In this document: piece by piece, positions 28,472 to 37,950 of the stretch
How positions within the stretch are numbered: position 1 is the first letter of the stretch
Layout of the letters: each line of letters opens with the position of its first letter
IMG/VR virus record: IMGVR_UViG_3300048848_000060
Span: 1-62,240 of that record
Length of the DNA stretch: 62,240 bases
Reading direction: 5' to 3' (one strand)
Source: a virus
Lineage: Duplodnaviria > Caudoviricetes
The notes under the pieces: generated by a model
Database searches by the model: none
What the model was told of the DNA's origin: nothing
The model's input: the letters and a program-made list of their open reading frames with translations, nothing else
Program-made: the position numbers and the translations under genes

Positions 28472-28698
28472 CCACGCTGCATCGCCACATCGCCATCGGC
28501 GAAACGCTGTCGTTCGACGGCGGCCGCATCGTCGTGACGATGCAGAACCGCAGCGGGCGCAGCGCCTCTCTGCGGTTGGATCTGCATGACGACGTCCGCG
28601 TCGACAAGCCCAGCGAGTCGTGGGTACTTGGCGGCCGCCCGCGGCAGGACCAGTCCGACCGCAAGACGGCCACCCCCCTTGCAACCGCAAAAGCCTGA
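28468..28698 (+). CDS. CsrA/RsmA-like small protein
   Basis: IAIGETLSF.GGRIVVTM..RSGRSASLRL....DVRV aligns by eye with CsrA RVGETLMIGDEVTVTVL.VKGNQVRIG...EVSV. Confidence 0.6.
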   Translation: MTTLHRHIAIGETLSFDGGRIVVTMQNRSGRSASLRLDLHDDVRVDKPSESWVLGGRPRQDQSDRKTATPLATAKA

Positions 28699-28706
28699 TA
28701 TACGCT
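28671..28706 (+). promoter_or_regulatory. Candidate late promoter upstream of capsid gene
   Basis: CACCCCCC-TTGCAA-16 nt-TACGCT. Confidence 0.5.
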
Positions 28707-28825
28707 TGCGCGCCATGAGGTCGTAGACGCGCGCGTGAGGCGCGCAGGGAACGATCTCAAGCCACCGGGGGCAACCCGGTACTGCGCAAGACGCGCTCAA
28801 TGCCCAAGCGGCAAGGAGTTGCGCC

Positions 28826-29950
28826 ATGCGCAGTCTGATCGGTGTGAACGACCCGCAAGCGGTCAAGAAGTGGGCCTCGCTGATGGCGGTGGCCATCAAC
28901 AAAGCGAGCTACTGGGCCAAGAAGTTCGTCGGCGAGGGCAAGGACGCGCGCCTGCCCATCCAGCGCATCGACGATCTCGAATCCGGCGCCGGCGACGAGG
29001 TCACCGTCGACCTGCTGATGCCGCTGAACATGGAGCCGATCATCGGCGATGAGACGCTCGACGGCAAGGAAGCGCCCCTCAAGTACTTCACCGACCGCAT
29101 GCGCATCGACCAGGTCCGCGGCGGTGCCGACCTCGGCTCGCGCATGACCAAGAAGCGCACCCTGCGCAACCTGCGCCAGGACGCCAAGCGCGCCGCCACC
29201 GACTGGTGGAAGCGCCTGATGGACGAGTTGTACTTCATCTACCTGTCGGGCTCGCGCGGCACCGGCGGCGGCTTCGTCTGGTCTGCCAACAACCCGTTCT
29301 TCGCGGTCAACCCGCTGACGGCCCCCGACAGCATGCACCAGATGTACGGCGGTGCGGCCACCAGCCGCGCCACGATCACGTCCGGCGACACGATGAAGCT
29401 GCGGCTGATCGACAAGGCCGTGGCCAAGGCCGAGACCATGGGCGGCGACGGCTCCGATGAGCTGTCCATGATCCCGGTGTCCATCGACGGCGGCGACCAC
29501 TACATCGCGCTGATGCACACCTTCCAGGCCGACAGCCTGCGCCAGGACGCCGGCACCGGCGGCTGGCTCGACATCCAGAAGGCGGCCGCTGCTGCCGAGG
29601 GCGCGAAGAACCCGATCTTCACCGGCGCCATGGGCATGTACAACGATGTCGTGCTGCACAAGCACCGCAACGTGATCCGCTTCAGCGACGGCGGTGCCGG
29701 CGCCAACCTGCCGGTGGCCCGCGCGCTGTTCCTCGGCTCGCAGGCCGCCCTGGTGGCCTACGGCGACAACGAGACCGGCACCCGCTACCGCTGGACCGAA
29801 GTCGAGAAGGACCACGGCAACTCGGTCGCTATCGGCACGCACGCAATCATGGGCGTGAAGAAGGCCACCTACAAGTCCAAGGACGGCGGCGTCGCGCGCG
29901 ACTTCGGCGTCTGCGCAATGGACACCTACTGCGCCGACCCCAACGCCTGA
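28826..29950 (+). CDS. Major capsid protein (N4-gp56-like family)
   Basis: VNDPQAVKKW...GDE.LDGKE..L...RIDQVR...ARALFLG.QA; position after scaffold. Confidence 0.9.
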   Translation: MRSLIGVNDPQAVKKWASLMAVAINKASYWAKKFVGEGKDARLPIQRIDDLESGAGDEVTVDLLMPLNMEPIIGDETLDGKEAPLKYFTDRMRIDQVRGGADLGSRMTKKRTLRNLRQDAKRAATDWWKRLMDELYFIYLSGSRGTGGGFVWSANNPFFAVNPLTAPDSMHQMYGGAATSRATITSGDTMKLRLIDKAVAKAETMGGDGSDELSMIPVSIDGGDHYIALMHTFQADSLRQDAGTGGWLDIQKAAAAAEGAKNPIFTGAMGMYNDVVLHKHRNVIRFSDGGAGANLPVARALFLGSQAALVAYGDNETGTRYRWTEVEKDHGNSVAIGTHAIMGVKKATYKSKDGGVARDFGVCAMDTYCADPNA

Positions 29951-30016
29951 TGACCTGGCCCTGCTTCGGCGGGGCCTGTCGGCACATCGCCAACCTTCAC
30001 CCTCAAGGAGCCCGAA

Positions 30017-30463
30017 ATGGCACTGATCCAATCCGACGTTGCGACCGGCAAGAAGGCCGTCCCGCAACCCTTCGACGCCACCGTGGCGCTGGTCCCCGTC
30101 GACGTGAACATCGTCGCCGCCCTGGCCGCCAACGACATCATCGAGCTGGTCGATCTGCCGCCTGGCGTGCAGCTGCTGGACTACGACATCGTCGCCCCCC
30201 AGCTGGACAGCAACGGCACGCCGACGCTGGCCTTTTCGCTGGGCGTGGTCAACGCCGGCAAGACCGACCTGGACACCGTCTACGAGACGGGCCTGACGTT
30301 CGGTCGCTCCGCCGACGGCAGCATCTTCCGCGCCGACAGCGCGGCGGCCGCGCAAGCCAGCCGCAGCGCAGCCCGCAAGCTGGGCCTCAAGGTCACGACC
30401 GCCGCGGCCACCGCCGCATCGGCCGGCAAATCGTTCACCGCAATCCTGCACCTCCGTCACTGA
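30017..30463 (+). CDS. Virion/capsid decoration protein
   Basis: Follows capsid; AAGGAG RBS. Confidence 0.7.
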   Translation: MALIQSDVATGKKAVPQPFDATVALVPVDVNIVAALAANDIIELVDLPPGVQLLDYDIVAPQLDSNGTPTLAFSLGVVNAGKTDLDTVYETGLTFGRSADGSIFRADSAAAAQASRSAARKLGLKVTTAAATAASAGKSFTAILHLRH

Positions 30464-30490
30464 TCGCGAGGCCCAGGGCCGTGTGTGTGA

Positions 30491-30518
30491 GGGGGCGGCA
30501 GAGGTGCTGCCCCCTTTT
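30491..30518 (+). terminator. Intrinsic terminator after capsid genes
   Basis: GGGGGCGGCA/TGCTGCCCCC + TTTT. Confidence 0.75.
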
Positions 30519-30550
30519 CGTTTGAACCCCGCTCAGAAGGAAGAAGCACC

Positions 30551-31255
30551 ATGCTGATCCACGCCTACCGCCGCAAGGAGCCGATCGTCGTCGAGCTGTT
30601 CGGCGGCCTCATCAAGTTTGACCTCAACGACCGCGGCCATGCCGTCGCGCCGGTGGAGGACCAGCCGTCGATCGACCGGCTGCTGTCGATCAGCGAGGGC
30701 TACCGCGCGTACGACGGCGAGGCTGCGCCGCAGGTGCTGGCCCATCCCGCGACCGTGGCCATGCGCCGGCCTGAATGGCTGACCGACGAAATCGAGGTCG
30801 GCGAGGATGCCTTCGTCAGCGGCGACACGGCGCTGCAGTCGGCATTCGAAGCTGCGGACATGAACGTCGATGCGTGGAACGCGTTGCCGGACTCCGAGCG
30901 CGATGCGCTGGTGCTGGCCGAGATCGACCGGCTGCGCGCCGCCGTGCAGACCTCGGACGAGGACGACGAGGAAGCGATCCGCCGCGAGGAGGAAGAGCAG
31001 GCCGCGCGCATCGCCGCCGCCGAGAAGGAAAAGGCCGAGGCCGCCAAGAAGGTGGAGGGCCAGCCTGCCGAGCCCGTCGACCCTCTCGTGCTGGTCAACG
31101 ACGCCGGCGAGCAACTGGACATCGGCAAGCTGACCGCCAAGCAGGTCCGCGCCGTGGCCGCCGAGCAGGATCCGCCGATCGAGCTTCCGGCCGGCAACAG
31201 CACACCCGTCGCCGAGCTGCGCCTGTTGCTGGCCAAGGGCCTGAAGGGCGAGTAA
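30551..31255 (+). CDS. Hypothetical virion-module protein
   Basis: 234 aa, RBS. Confidence 0.7.
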   Translation: MLIHAYRRKEPIVVELFGGLIKFDLNDRGHAVAPVEDQPSIDRLLSISEGYRAYDGEAAPQVLAHPATVAMRRPEWLTDEIEVGEDAFVSGDTALQSAFEAADMNVDAWNALPDSERDALVLAEIDRLRAAVQTSDEDDEEAIRREEEEQAARIAAAEKEKAEAAKKVEGQPAEPVDPLVLVNDAGEQLDIGKLTAKQVRAVAAEQDPPIELPAGNSTPVAELRLLLAKGLKGE

Positions 31256-31258
31256 GCC

Positions 31259-31882
31259 GTGCTGGCGTCGCACATCATCGGCGAAGCGTCCAAGCTGCTG
31301 AGCGACCTGGGCCACGTGCGCTGGTCGCAGGCGGACAAGCTGGCCTGGCTGAACGCCGGGCAGCGCCAGATCGTCGCCGTGCGGCCGGACGCCAACGCCG
31401 TGAAGGCCGACCGCGCGCTGGTGGCCGGCGTCGAGCAGAGCCTGCCGGCCAACGGCACCAAGCTTCTGGACATCATCCGCAACGTGGACGGCCGCGCCGT
31501 GACGCTCATCAGCCGCGAGCAGATGACCGCCCTGAACACGGGCTGGTTCGAGGCCCGGCCGTCGCGCGTGATCCAGCACTACTTTTTCGACGCCAACGAC
31601 CCGAAGAGCTTTCACGTCTACCCGCCGGCCGAGACTGGCGCCGCGGTGCGCATCCTGTACGCGGCCTTGCCGACCGACTGCACGGACGCATCGGACAGTG
31701 CCATCTCGCTGGACGACATCTACGAGGGCCCGCTGATCGACTGGATCTGCTACCGCGCCTGGTCGGTCGACAGCGACGCACCCGGCGATGTAGCGCGCGC
31801 GGCCAACGCGATGTCCACGTTCATGCAAGCGCTGGGCGTGAAGACCCAGACCGACCAATCCACCCAGCCGAGGCGCGCATGA
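31259..31882 (+). CDS. Head-tail adaptor-like protein
   Basis: L.D...VRW....LAWLN.GQRQI...RPDA; F.VYPP. Confidence 0.75.
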   Translation: MLASHIIGEASKLLSDLGHVRWSQADKLAWLNAGQRQIVAVRPDANAVKADRALVAGVEQSLPANGTKLLDIIRNVDGRAVTLISREQMTALNTGWFEARPSRVIQHYFFDANDPKSFHVYPPAETGAAVRILYAALPTDCTDASDSAISLDDIYEGPLIDWICYRAWSVDSDAPGDVARAANAMSTFMQALGVKTQTDQSTQPRRA

Positions 31883-32430
31883 GGCCCTGGATGCACTTCT
31901 TCGCCGACGTCATGCCGCAGGTGCCAGCCGTGGCCGAGCCCATGGCAGAGCACCACATCCGGCGTGCCGCCCAAGAGTTCTGCCGGCGCACGCGGGCCTG
32001 GAAGGAGAAGCTGGACCCGGTGACCACGCGGGCCGGCCAACCCTGCTACGACCTGGAGCTGCCGCCGATGGCCGAGCTCGTGCGCATCGAGTCGGCCGAG
32101 CTGGGCTGCGAGCCGCTGCAGCTGGACCACACCAAACCCGGCACGCACGTCTACACGCCCGACGGCAAGGAGATGATCCTGAGCAGCGACCCCGGCGATG
32201 GCCAGCGGCTGGTCGTCACCTGCAGCCTGCGGCCCGGCAACCAGGCGATCGGCATCGAGGATGCGCTGTTCGACCTCTACGCCGACGAGATCGCGCTGGG
32301 CGCCGTCGCGCGCCTGACCGGTGACGAGACCAAGCAGGCGAAGTTCGAAGCCGCCTGCGACCGCATCAAGACGCACCTGTGGCGCGGCCAGGCCGCGACC
32401 CGCCCGCGCACGGTGCCGAACTACTTCTGA
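31879..32430 (+). CDS. Adaptor/virion structural protein
   Basis: IRRAAQEFCRRTRAW; IALGA.ARL. Confidence 0.7.
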   Translation: MRPWMHFFADVMPQVPAVAEPMAEHHIRRAAQEFCRRTRAWKEKLDPVTTRAGQPCYDLELPPMAELVRIESAELGCEPLQLDHTKPGTHVYTPDGKEMILSSDPGDGQRLVVTCSLRPGNQAIGIEDALFDLYADEIALGAVARLTGDETKQAKFEAACDRIKTHLWRGQAATRPRTVPNYF

Positions 32431-32434
32431 CGCC

Positions 32435-34114
32435 ATGCGCCTGCTGCTGACCGGATTCAAGGGGGAGAACAGGGCGCTGCACCCCAAGCTGTTGCCGGAC
32501 ACGGTCGGCACGGTGTCGCGCAACCAGAATCCCGCCCGCGGCGACTTGCGGCCCTGGCGCGCGCCGCTGCAGGTGGCCAGCGTGCCGGCCGGGCGCAGCA
32601 CCATCTATCGCATGGGCCGCGACGTCGCCGACGACGCTAACTATTGGCTATCGTGGACCGGCGTCGTGCACGCCGTGCGCGGCATGGTGGCCGAGGACAC
32701 CACCGAGCGGACTTACTACACTGGCGACGGCTTTCCCAGGTACACGGACAACACCATCGCCTTGGCCAGCGCGCCGTACCCGTCGGCCTGGCGGCGCCTG
32801 GGCGTGCCGCAGCCGACCGCGCAGATGTTGGTGTCCACCGCGACGGCCGGCGGCAGCACGACCTCGGAGACGCGCTACTACACCTACACCTACGTGACCG
32901 CGCTGGGCGAAGAGAGCGCGCCGGCGCCGGTGTCCGCGCCCTGGTACGGGCCCGACGACTCCACGCTGGCCCTGGCCAACATCGGCACGCCGCCCTCCGG
33001 CGAATTCACCATCAACCGCGTCCGCATCTACCGAACGCAGTCTGGCCAGACCGGCGCGACGGAGTTCTTCTTCCTGCGCGAGATCGCCGCGGGGTTGACC
33101 ACGAGCACCGACGACGGCCGCGCGCTGGGCGAGGTGCTTCCCACCGATGGCTGGCTTCCCCCGCCCGAGGACCTGCACACGCTCACGGGCATGTGGAACG
33201 GCATGCTGGCGGCCATCTCGGGCAACGCGGTGCGGTACTGCGTGGCCTACAAGCCCTACGCCTGGCCGATCGGCTTCGAGACGCTGCCGGCCGATGCAAA
33301 GCCGGTCTCGCTGGCCAAGTTCGGCCAGGCGCTGCTCGTCCTGACCACGGCCAAGCCGGTGCTGGTGTCCGGCACATCGCCGGATTCCCTCGACGAGCAG
33401 CCGCTGGAGATCGGGCAAGCCTGCGTCGCGCCGCGCGCCACGGTGGCGTTCGGCCACGGTGTCGCCTGGGCGTGCCCGGACGGCTTGGCCTACTTCGGCG
33501 AGGGCGGCGCCAAAATCCTGACCCTGGGCCTGCTGACGCGCGACGACTGGCAGGACATGAACCCGGAAACCATGGTGGCCGGCGTCTACGAGGGCGCCTA
33601 CATCTGCTTCTACAACGACGCCGACGGCATCCGGCGCGGCTTCCTCATCGATCCCGTCGCGCCCCAGGGCCTGTACTTCCTGGACAAGGGCTACAAGGCC
33701 GTCTACTTCGACGAGTTGCAGGACGCGCTCTACGTGCTGGACTACGACGGCACCATCGGCAAGTGGGATGCGGGAGCCGCGCTCATGACGGCGCGCTTCG
33801 TCGGCAAGCAGTGGTTCACGCCGCGCACGAACCTGGCCGCCGGCCGCGTCGTTGCCGACGCCTACCCGGTGCAGGTGGAGGTACTGGCCACCCAGGTAGA
33901 CCCCGAAGCTGTGACCGCCATGCTGGCCCGCGGCCTGGCCGGGTTGTCCGCGCCCACGGCCACGTCGCTGCGATATACCGTGACCGTGGCCGACCGCGAG
34001 CCGTTCCGGCTGCCGGGCGGCTTCCTGTCCACCGAGTGGCAGGTGTCGATCGCGTCGGTCCACCCAGTGCAGGCGGCGGCCGTTGCCAACTCCATGGCTG
34101 AGCTCGCGCAATGA
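32435..34114 (+). CDS. Tail nozzle/stabilisation protein
   Basis: 559 aa; YTYVT.LGEESAP; beta-rich; podovirus position. Confidence 0.7.
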   Translation: MRLLLTGFKGENRALHPKLLPDTVGTVSRNQNPARGDLRPWRAPLQVASVPAGRSTIYRMGRDVADDANYWLSWTGVVHAVRGMVAEDTTERTYYTGDGFPRYTDNTIALASAPYPSAWRRLGVPQPTAQMLVSTATAGGSTTSETRYYTYTYVTALGEESAPAPVSAPWYGPDDSTLALANIGTPPSGEFTINRVRIYRTQSGQTGATEFFFLREIAAGLTTSTDDGRALGEVLPTDGWLPPPEDLHTLTGMWNGMLAAISGNAVRYCVAYKPYAWPIGFETLPADAKPVSLAKFGQALLVLTTAKPVLVSGTSPDSLDEQPLEIGQACVAPRATVAFGHGVAWACPDGLAYFGEGGAKILTLGLLTRDDWQDMNPETMVAGVYEGAYICFYNDADGIRRGFLIDPVAPQGLYFLDKGYKAVYFDELQDALYVLDYDGTIGKWDAGAALMTARFVGKQWFTPRTNLAAGRVVADAYPVQVEVLATQVDPEAVTAMLARGLAGLSAPTATSLRYTVTVADREPFRLPGGFLSTEWQVSIASVHPVQAAAVANSMAELAQ

Positions 34115-36210
34115 GCGACCGCAAGGACCTACCCGCGCCCAAGGCGACGAACTGGCCGCAGCGCATCACGGAAGAGGTGCGCGTGCTGATGGGCAAGAAC
34201 GGCCCCAGCAGCGCGCGCGCCGTCACCATCGGCGACCTGGCCGGCGGCGGCGTAGGCCTGCCAGGCGGAGGGTGGGGCGGGGGAGGGGGTTCCGAGCCCT
34301 ATGTCCCCGACCTGACGCCGCCGCCGACGCCCACGGGCTTCGCGGTCAGCGCGGCCATCAGCCACGTCTTCATCGAGCACGACGCGCCGCTGTACCTGAT
34401 GGGCCACGGCCACGCCAAGACGCGCGTGTTCGGCGCCAAGGCCGCCACCGGGCAGCCGCTGCCGACCTTCGCCAACGCGGTGCTTCTGACCGAGTTCACC
34501 GGCATCGTCTACGCCTACCCCAGCGACCCGGCAACGCACTGGCGGCTGTGGATCAAGTGGGTGACGGTCGACGGCGTCGAGTCCACCGACCCTGCGGGCG
34601 GCACCAACGGCCTGGGCGTCGTCACCGGCCAGGACGTGACCCTGCTGCTGGACGCGCTCACGGGCAAGATCACGGAAAGCGAGCTGTACGCCGCGCTGGG
34701 CCAGCGTATTGACCTGATCGACGGGAACGGTGTCGGCTCTGTCAATGCCCGCGTGGCGTCTGAGGCCAGCACCCGCTCAACCGTCGACGGCTACCTCGGC
34801 GCGCAGCAGACCGTGCGCGTGGACATTGCAGGGCACGTCGCAGGGTATGGCCTCGCTGGTTCGTCGCCTGACGGCAGCGGCGCGAGCGCCACGAGCAGTT
34901 TCGGCGTGCGCACCAACACCTTCTTCGTCGCGCCACCGGCGCTGGCGCAGGCCACCGCACCCACGGCGAACCTCTACGACGGCTTCGTCTGGCTGGACAC
35001 CAGCGTGACGCCGGCCCTCACGCGCTATCGCAGCGGCGGCACCTGGACGCTGGTCCCGCCGGCACTGCCGTTCGTGATCCAGACGACGCCCACGACCATC
35101 AACGGTGTGGCCGTGCCGGCCGGTGTCTACGCCAACGACCTGTTCGTCAAGAACGGGACGATCACCAACGCGAAGATCGGCAACCTGGCGGTGGATGACG
35201 CCAAGATCGCCAACCTCTCGGTGTCCAAGATCCTGGCCGGCTCGATGGTGGTTGGCCAGTTCATCAACAGCGCCAACTACATCAGCGGGGTGCAGGGCTG
35301 GTCGATCAATGCCGCTGGCACCGCCGAGTTCAGCAATGCCGTCGTGCGCGGTACGGTCTATGCCGGAAATGGCGCAATTGGCGGGATCTTGATCGGCGGA
35401 GGAAATGTCTACTCTGCCAACTACGTCTACAACTCGTCAGGCTTCGCACTCTTTCAGGATGGCTGGATTCATGCCAGCAATGTTCGGCTGCGCGGGTCCA
35501 TCATGTCAGGCGCGTATAGCGGCTATAGCTGGCCCGCTGCGGACTCGCAGGGCTTCTACCTAGGCCCCGAGGGGCTGCTGCTTGGCAGTGCGGCCGGGAG
35601 TCGCTACTTCCAGCTAGACGCGTTCGGCAACCTGTACGCCCCGAACTTCTCTATTGTCAACGGCAACGCCTACTTCAACGGCAGCGGAACCTTCAACGGG
35701 AACGGGACGTTCAGCGGCAATCTGTCGGCGGCAGGCGGCACCTACAGCGGAGTCCTGACGGCTGCAGCCGTCAGCGCAGTCGACTCCATCAACATCGCTG
35801 GCGAGGCGGTCACAACCCTCAAGATCAAGCGCGGCACCATGGGCGCTCCGATCTATGGGGGGAATGGAGCCGGAGTGCTGACTACGCTGCTGACGGAGTC
35901 CGTGGTGCTCAAGTCCAGCGGGAATGGGGTGGTGCTGTTCCTGGAGAACATGGGCAACACAACCACGGGAGCCTCTGGCCCTCCTGACTTCCGGATCGTC
36001 AACACGACAACCGGGCAGACGCTGAGGATCTGGTACGCCGGGCCGGATGCGTCAGAGGTGCGCAACCTTTGGTACTGGGACGATAGTTTGACCATCACCG
36101 ACTACGCCCCCGCCGTCGGAAACAACACCTACGTTCTCCAGGTCCGGCACGCGAACGTCTGGGCTGTGCACACCGACCACCGTCTGACCATTCTGGCGAG
36201 CCACCGATGA
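34111..36210 (+). CDS. Tail fibre / host-specificity protein
   Basis: PDLTPPPTP, PF.IQTTPTTINGV.VPAGVY, ITNAKIGNLAVDDAKI; variable G/N/S-rich C-terminus. Confidence 0.8.
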   Translation: MSDRKDLPAPKATNWPQRITEEVRVLMGKNGPSSARAVTIGDLAGGGVGLPGGGWGGGGGSEPYVPDLTPPPTPTGFAVSAAISHVFIEHDAPLYLMGHGHAKTRVFGAKAATGQPLPTFANAVLLTEFTGIVYAYPSDPATHWRLWIKWVTVDGVESTDPAGGTNGLGVVTGQDVTLLLDALTGKITESELYAALGQRIDLIDGNGVGSVNARVASEASTRSTVDGYLGAQQTVRVDIAGHVAGYGLAGSSPDGSGASATSSFGVRTNTFFVAPPALAQATAPTANLYDGFVWLDTSVTPALTRYRSGGTWTLVPPALPFVIQTTPTTINGVAVPAGVYANDLFVKNGTITNAKIGNLAVDDAKIANLSVSKILAGSMVVGQFINSANYISGVQGWSINAAGTAEFSNAVVRGTVYAGNGAIGGILIGGGNVYSANYVYNSSGFALFQDGWIHASNVRLRGSIMSGAYSGYSWPAADSQGFYLGPEGLLLGSAAGSRYFQLDAFGNLYAPNFSIVNGNAYFNGSGTFNGNGTFSGNLSAAGGTYSGVLTAAAVSAVDSINIAGEAVTTLKIKRGTMGAPIYGGNGAGVLTTLLTESVVLKSSGNGVVLFLENMGNTTTGASGPPDFRIVNTTTGQTLRIWYAGPDASEVRNLWYWDDSLTITDYAPAVGNNTYVLQVRHANVWAVHTDHRLTILASHR

Positions 36211-36725
36211 GACACTGGATCGAGTACCTACCGCACGGGCAGGTCGTCCTCGCCGGCCGCTCCCCGGAGCTCCCGGCGCCAGAGCGCGCGGGAACCGTGG
36301 TCGAGATGCCCCACCCAGTGGACCCGACGCGGTCGGTCTTCATCGCAGACACGGTTTTCGATGTTGGGCCGCGGCCAAGTCCAATGCACGCGCTTGACCT
36401 CGAGACGTGCGCATGGGTGCCATGGATGCCACCGGAGCAGACCGACGCCGAGAAGATCGCTGCAGTGCAGCGACGCCTGCAGCGCGTGATGGACGACGCC
36501 GCGCGCGCGCTCGGCTACGACGACATCAAGACCGCGATCACGTACGCCGAAGAGCCGGCCGTGCCCAAGTTCCAGGCCGAAGGCCAGGCTTTCCGCACAT
36601 GGCGCTCTCTGGTCTGGGCGGCCTGCTACGCCCACCCGGCAATGTCTGGTGCTGCGCCGTTCCCAACCCCCGATGAGGCCGAGGCGCTGATGCCCACCCT
36701 CGTCCTGCCGGAGTCCCCGCCATGA
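36207..36725 (+). CDS. Tail fibre assembly/chaperone-like protein
   Basis: D.AARALGYDDI.TAITYAEEP.VPKFQAEG.AFR.WRS.VW. Confidence 0.7.
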   Translation: MRHWIEYLPHGQVVLAGRSPELPAPERAGTVVEMPHPVDPTRSVFIADTVFDVGPRPSPMHALDLETCAWVPWMPPEQTDAEKIAAVQRRLQRVMDDAARALGYDDIKTAITYAEEPAVPKFQAEGQAFRTWRSLVWAACYAHPAMSGAAPFPTPDEAEALMPTLVLPESPP

Positions 36726-37237
36726 TCGTGATCCTCAAGGGCCTGGTCCTGCTGCTGGCCAGCATCTTCGTGCTGCTGTGCCCGCCGCTGTCCCTCCTGG
36801 CCGTCGCCTGCGCGCGCTGGGACCAAGAGTCCACGCCGGACCAGTGGGGCACCACGCCCACCAGGCGCGGCGACCTGCCGCGGTGGGCGCGGTGGATGCA
36901 GACCATGGACGACCGCCTGCCGGGCGGCACCTACGAGCCCACCGTCGCGCGGATGCTGGAGCGCCGCGGCCGCTTCTGGACATCGGTCTACTGGATCGGC
37001 TGGCGCAACCGCGCGCACGGCCTGCGGCGGTACTTCGGCACGCCGAGCACCGAGGCCGCCTACAAGACAAGCTTCAAGCCCGACGCGCAAGGCCGCATCG
37101 ACGGCGTGCGCGAGGACGGCTCGTGGTACTGGCAGCGGTCCCTCTGGGGCTTTCGCATCGTCGCTGGCCACCGCGTCTACCGCATCGCTCCGGGCGAGTA
37201 CCTGGCTGTGCCGGCCGTCACCATCAAGCGCGCCTGA
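36722..37237 (+). CDS. Membrane-anchored phage protein
   Basis: N-terminal TM; LP.W..W.QT.D...W..WRNRA.G. Confidence 0.7.
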   Translation: MIVILKGLVLLLASIFVLLCPPLSLLAVACARWDQESTPDQWGTTPTRRGDLPRWARWMQTMDDRLPGGTYEPTVARMLERRGRFWTSVYWIGWRNRAHGLRRYFGTPSTEAAYKTSFKPDAQGRIDGVREDGSWYWQRSLWGFRIVAGHRVYRIAPGEYLAVPAVTIKRA

Positions 37238-37256
37238 CGGCCTGCGCGCCCCGTAG

Positions 37257-37290
37257 CCCCCTTGAATCTGGCCCATGCGCACCCTACGCT
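37257..37290 (+). promoter_or_regulatory. Candidate late promoter (variant) upstream of GNAT/ejection genes
   Basis: CCCCC-TTGAAT-17 nt-TACGCT. Confidence 0.45.
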
Positions 37291-37325
37291 CTCCCGGCCC
37301 GATGTTGGGCGCAAGAGGGCCTGTC

Positions 37326-37949
37326 ATGCGCGAAGTCGTCGCACTGGCGCTGGCGAAGCACAAGGGCCAGCTGCTGACCACGGATGTCGCCAAGGAAATC
37401 CTGCGCGACCTCAACGCCGATCACTCTGTCGACCCCGCGCGCTTCGAGCCGCGCCGGTGCGGCCCGTACCGGCTGCAGTGCGAGCGGCTGCGCGACGCCA
37501 TGGCCGAACTGATGCCCCAGCGGCTCGCCTACCTGGCCGAGCGGTTCCCGCGCCGCGTGCACGACGTCAACTGGCTGCGCCTGCTGGACCTCGCGCAGTC
37601 CGGCAGCTTGGTGATCTTCACTGCGCGCGACGGCGCCGGCGCCGTGGTCGGCAGCATGTGGCTCAACCTGGGTCGCAGCCTCGACACCGGCGAAATGCGC
37701 CTGACCGACGACCTGATGTACATCGACCCGGCTCACCGTAGCGGGATGCTGGCCGCGCGTCTGTGGCGCTTCGCCGAGGAGTGCACCTTCGCCCTGGGCG
37801 TGCGCGAGGGTGTCATCCACATGCGCCTGGACAACGGCGCCGACCGCCTGGCCCGATTCGCGGGCTACCAACCCGACGCACTGCGGTTCATCAAGAGCCA
37901 CAGCGGCGACGACTTCGCCGGCGCGCCGACGCGGCACAAGGAGAAATGA
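37326..37949 (+). CDS. GNAT-family acetyltransferase-like protein
   Basis: IFTARD...VVG...DLMYIDPAHRSG.LA.RL.RFAE....LGV. Confidence 0.75.
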   Translation: MREVVALALAKHKGQLLTTDVAKEILRDLNADHSVDPARFEPRRCGPYRLQCERLRDAMAELMPQRLAYLAERFPRRVHDVNWLRLLDLAQSGSLVIFTARDGAGAVVGSMWLNLGRSLDTGEMRLTDDLMYIDPAHRSGMLAARLWRFAEECTFALGVREGVIHMRLDNGADRLARFAGYQPDALRFIKSHSGDDFAGAPTRHKEK

Positions 37950-37950
37950 C

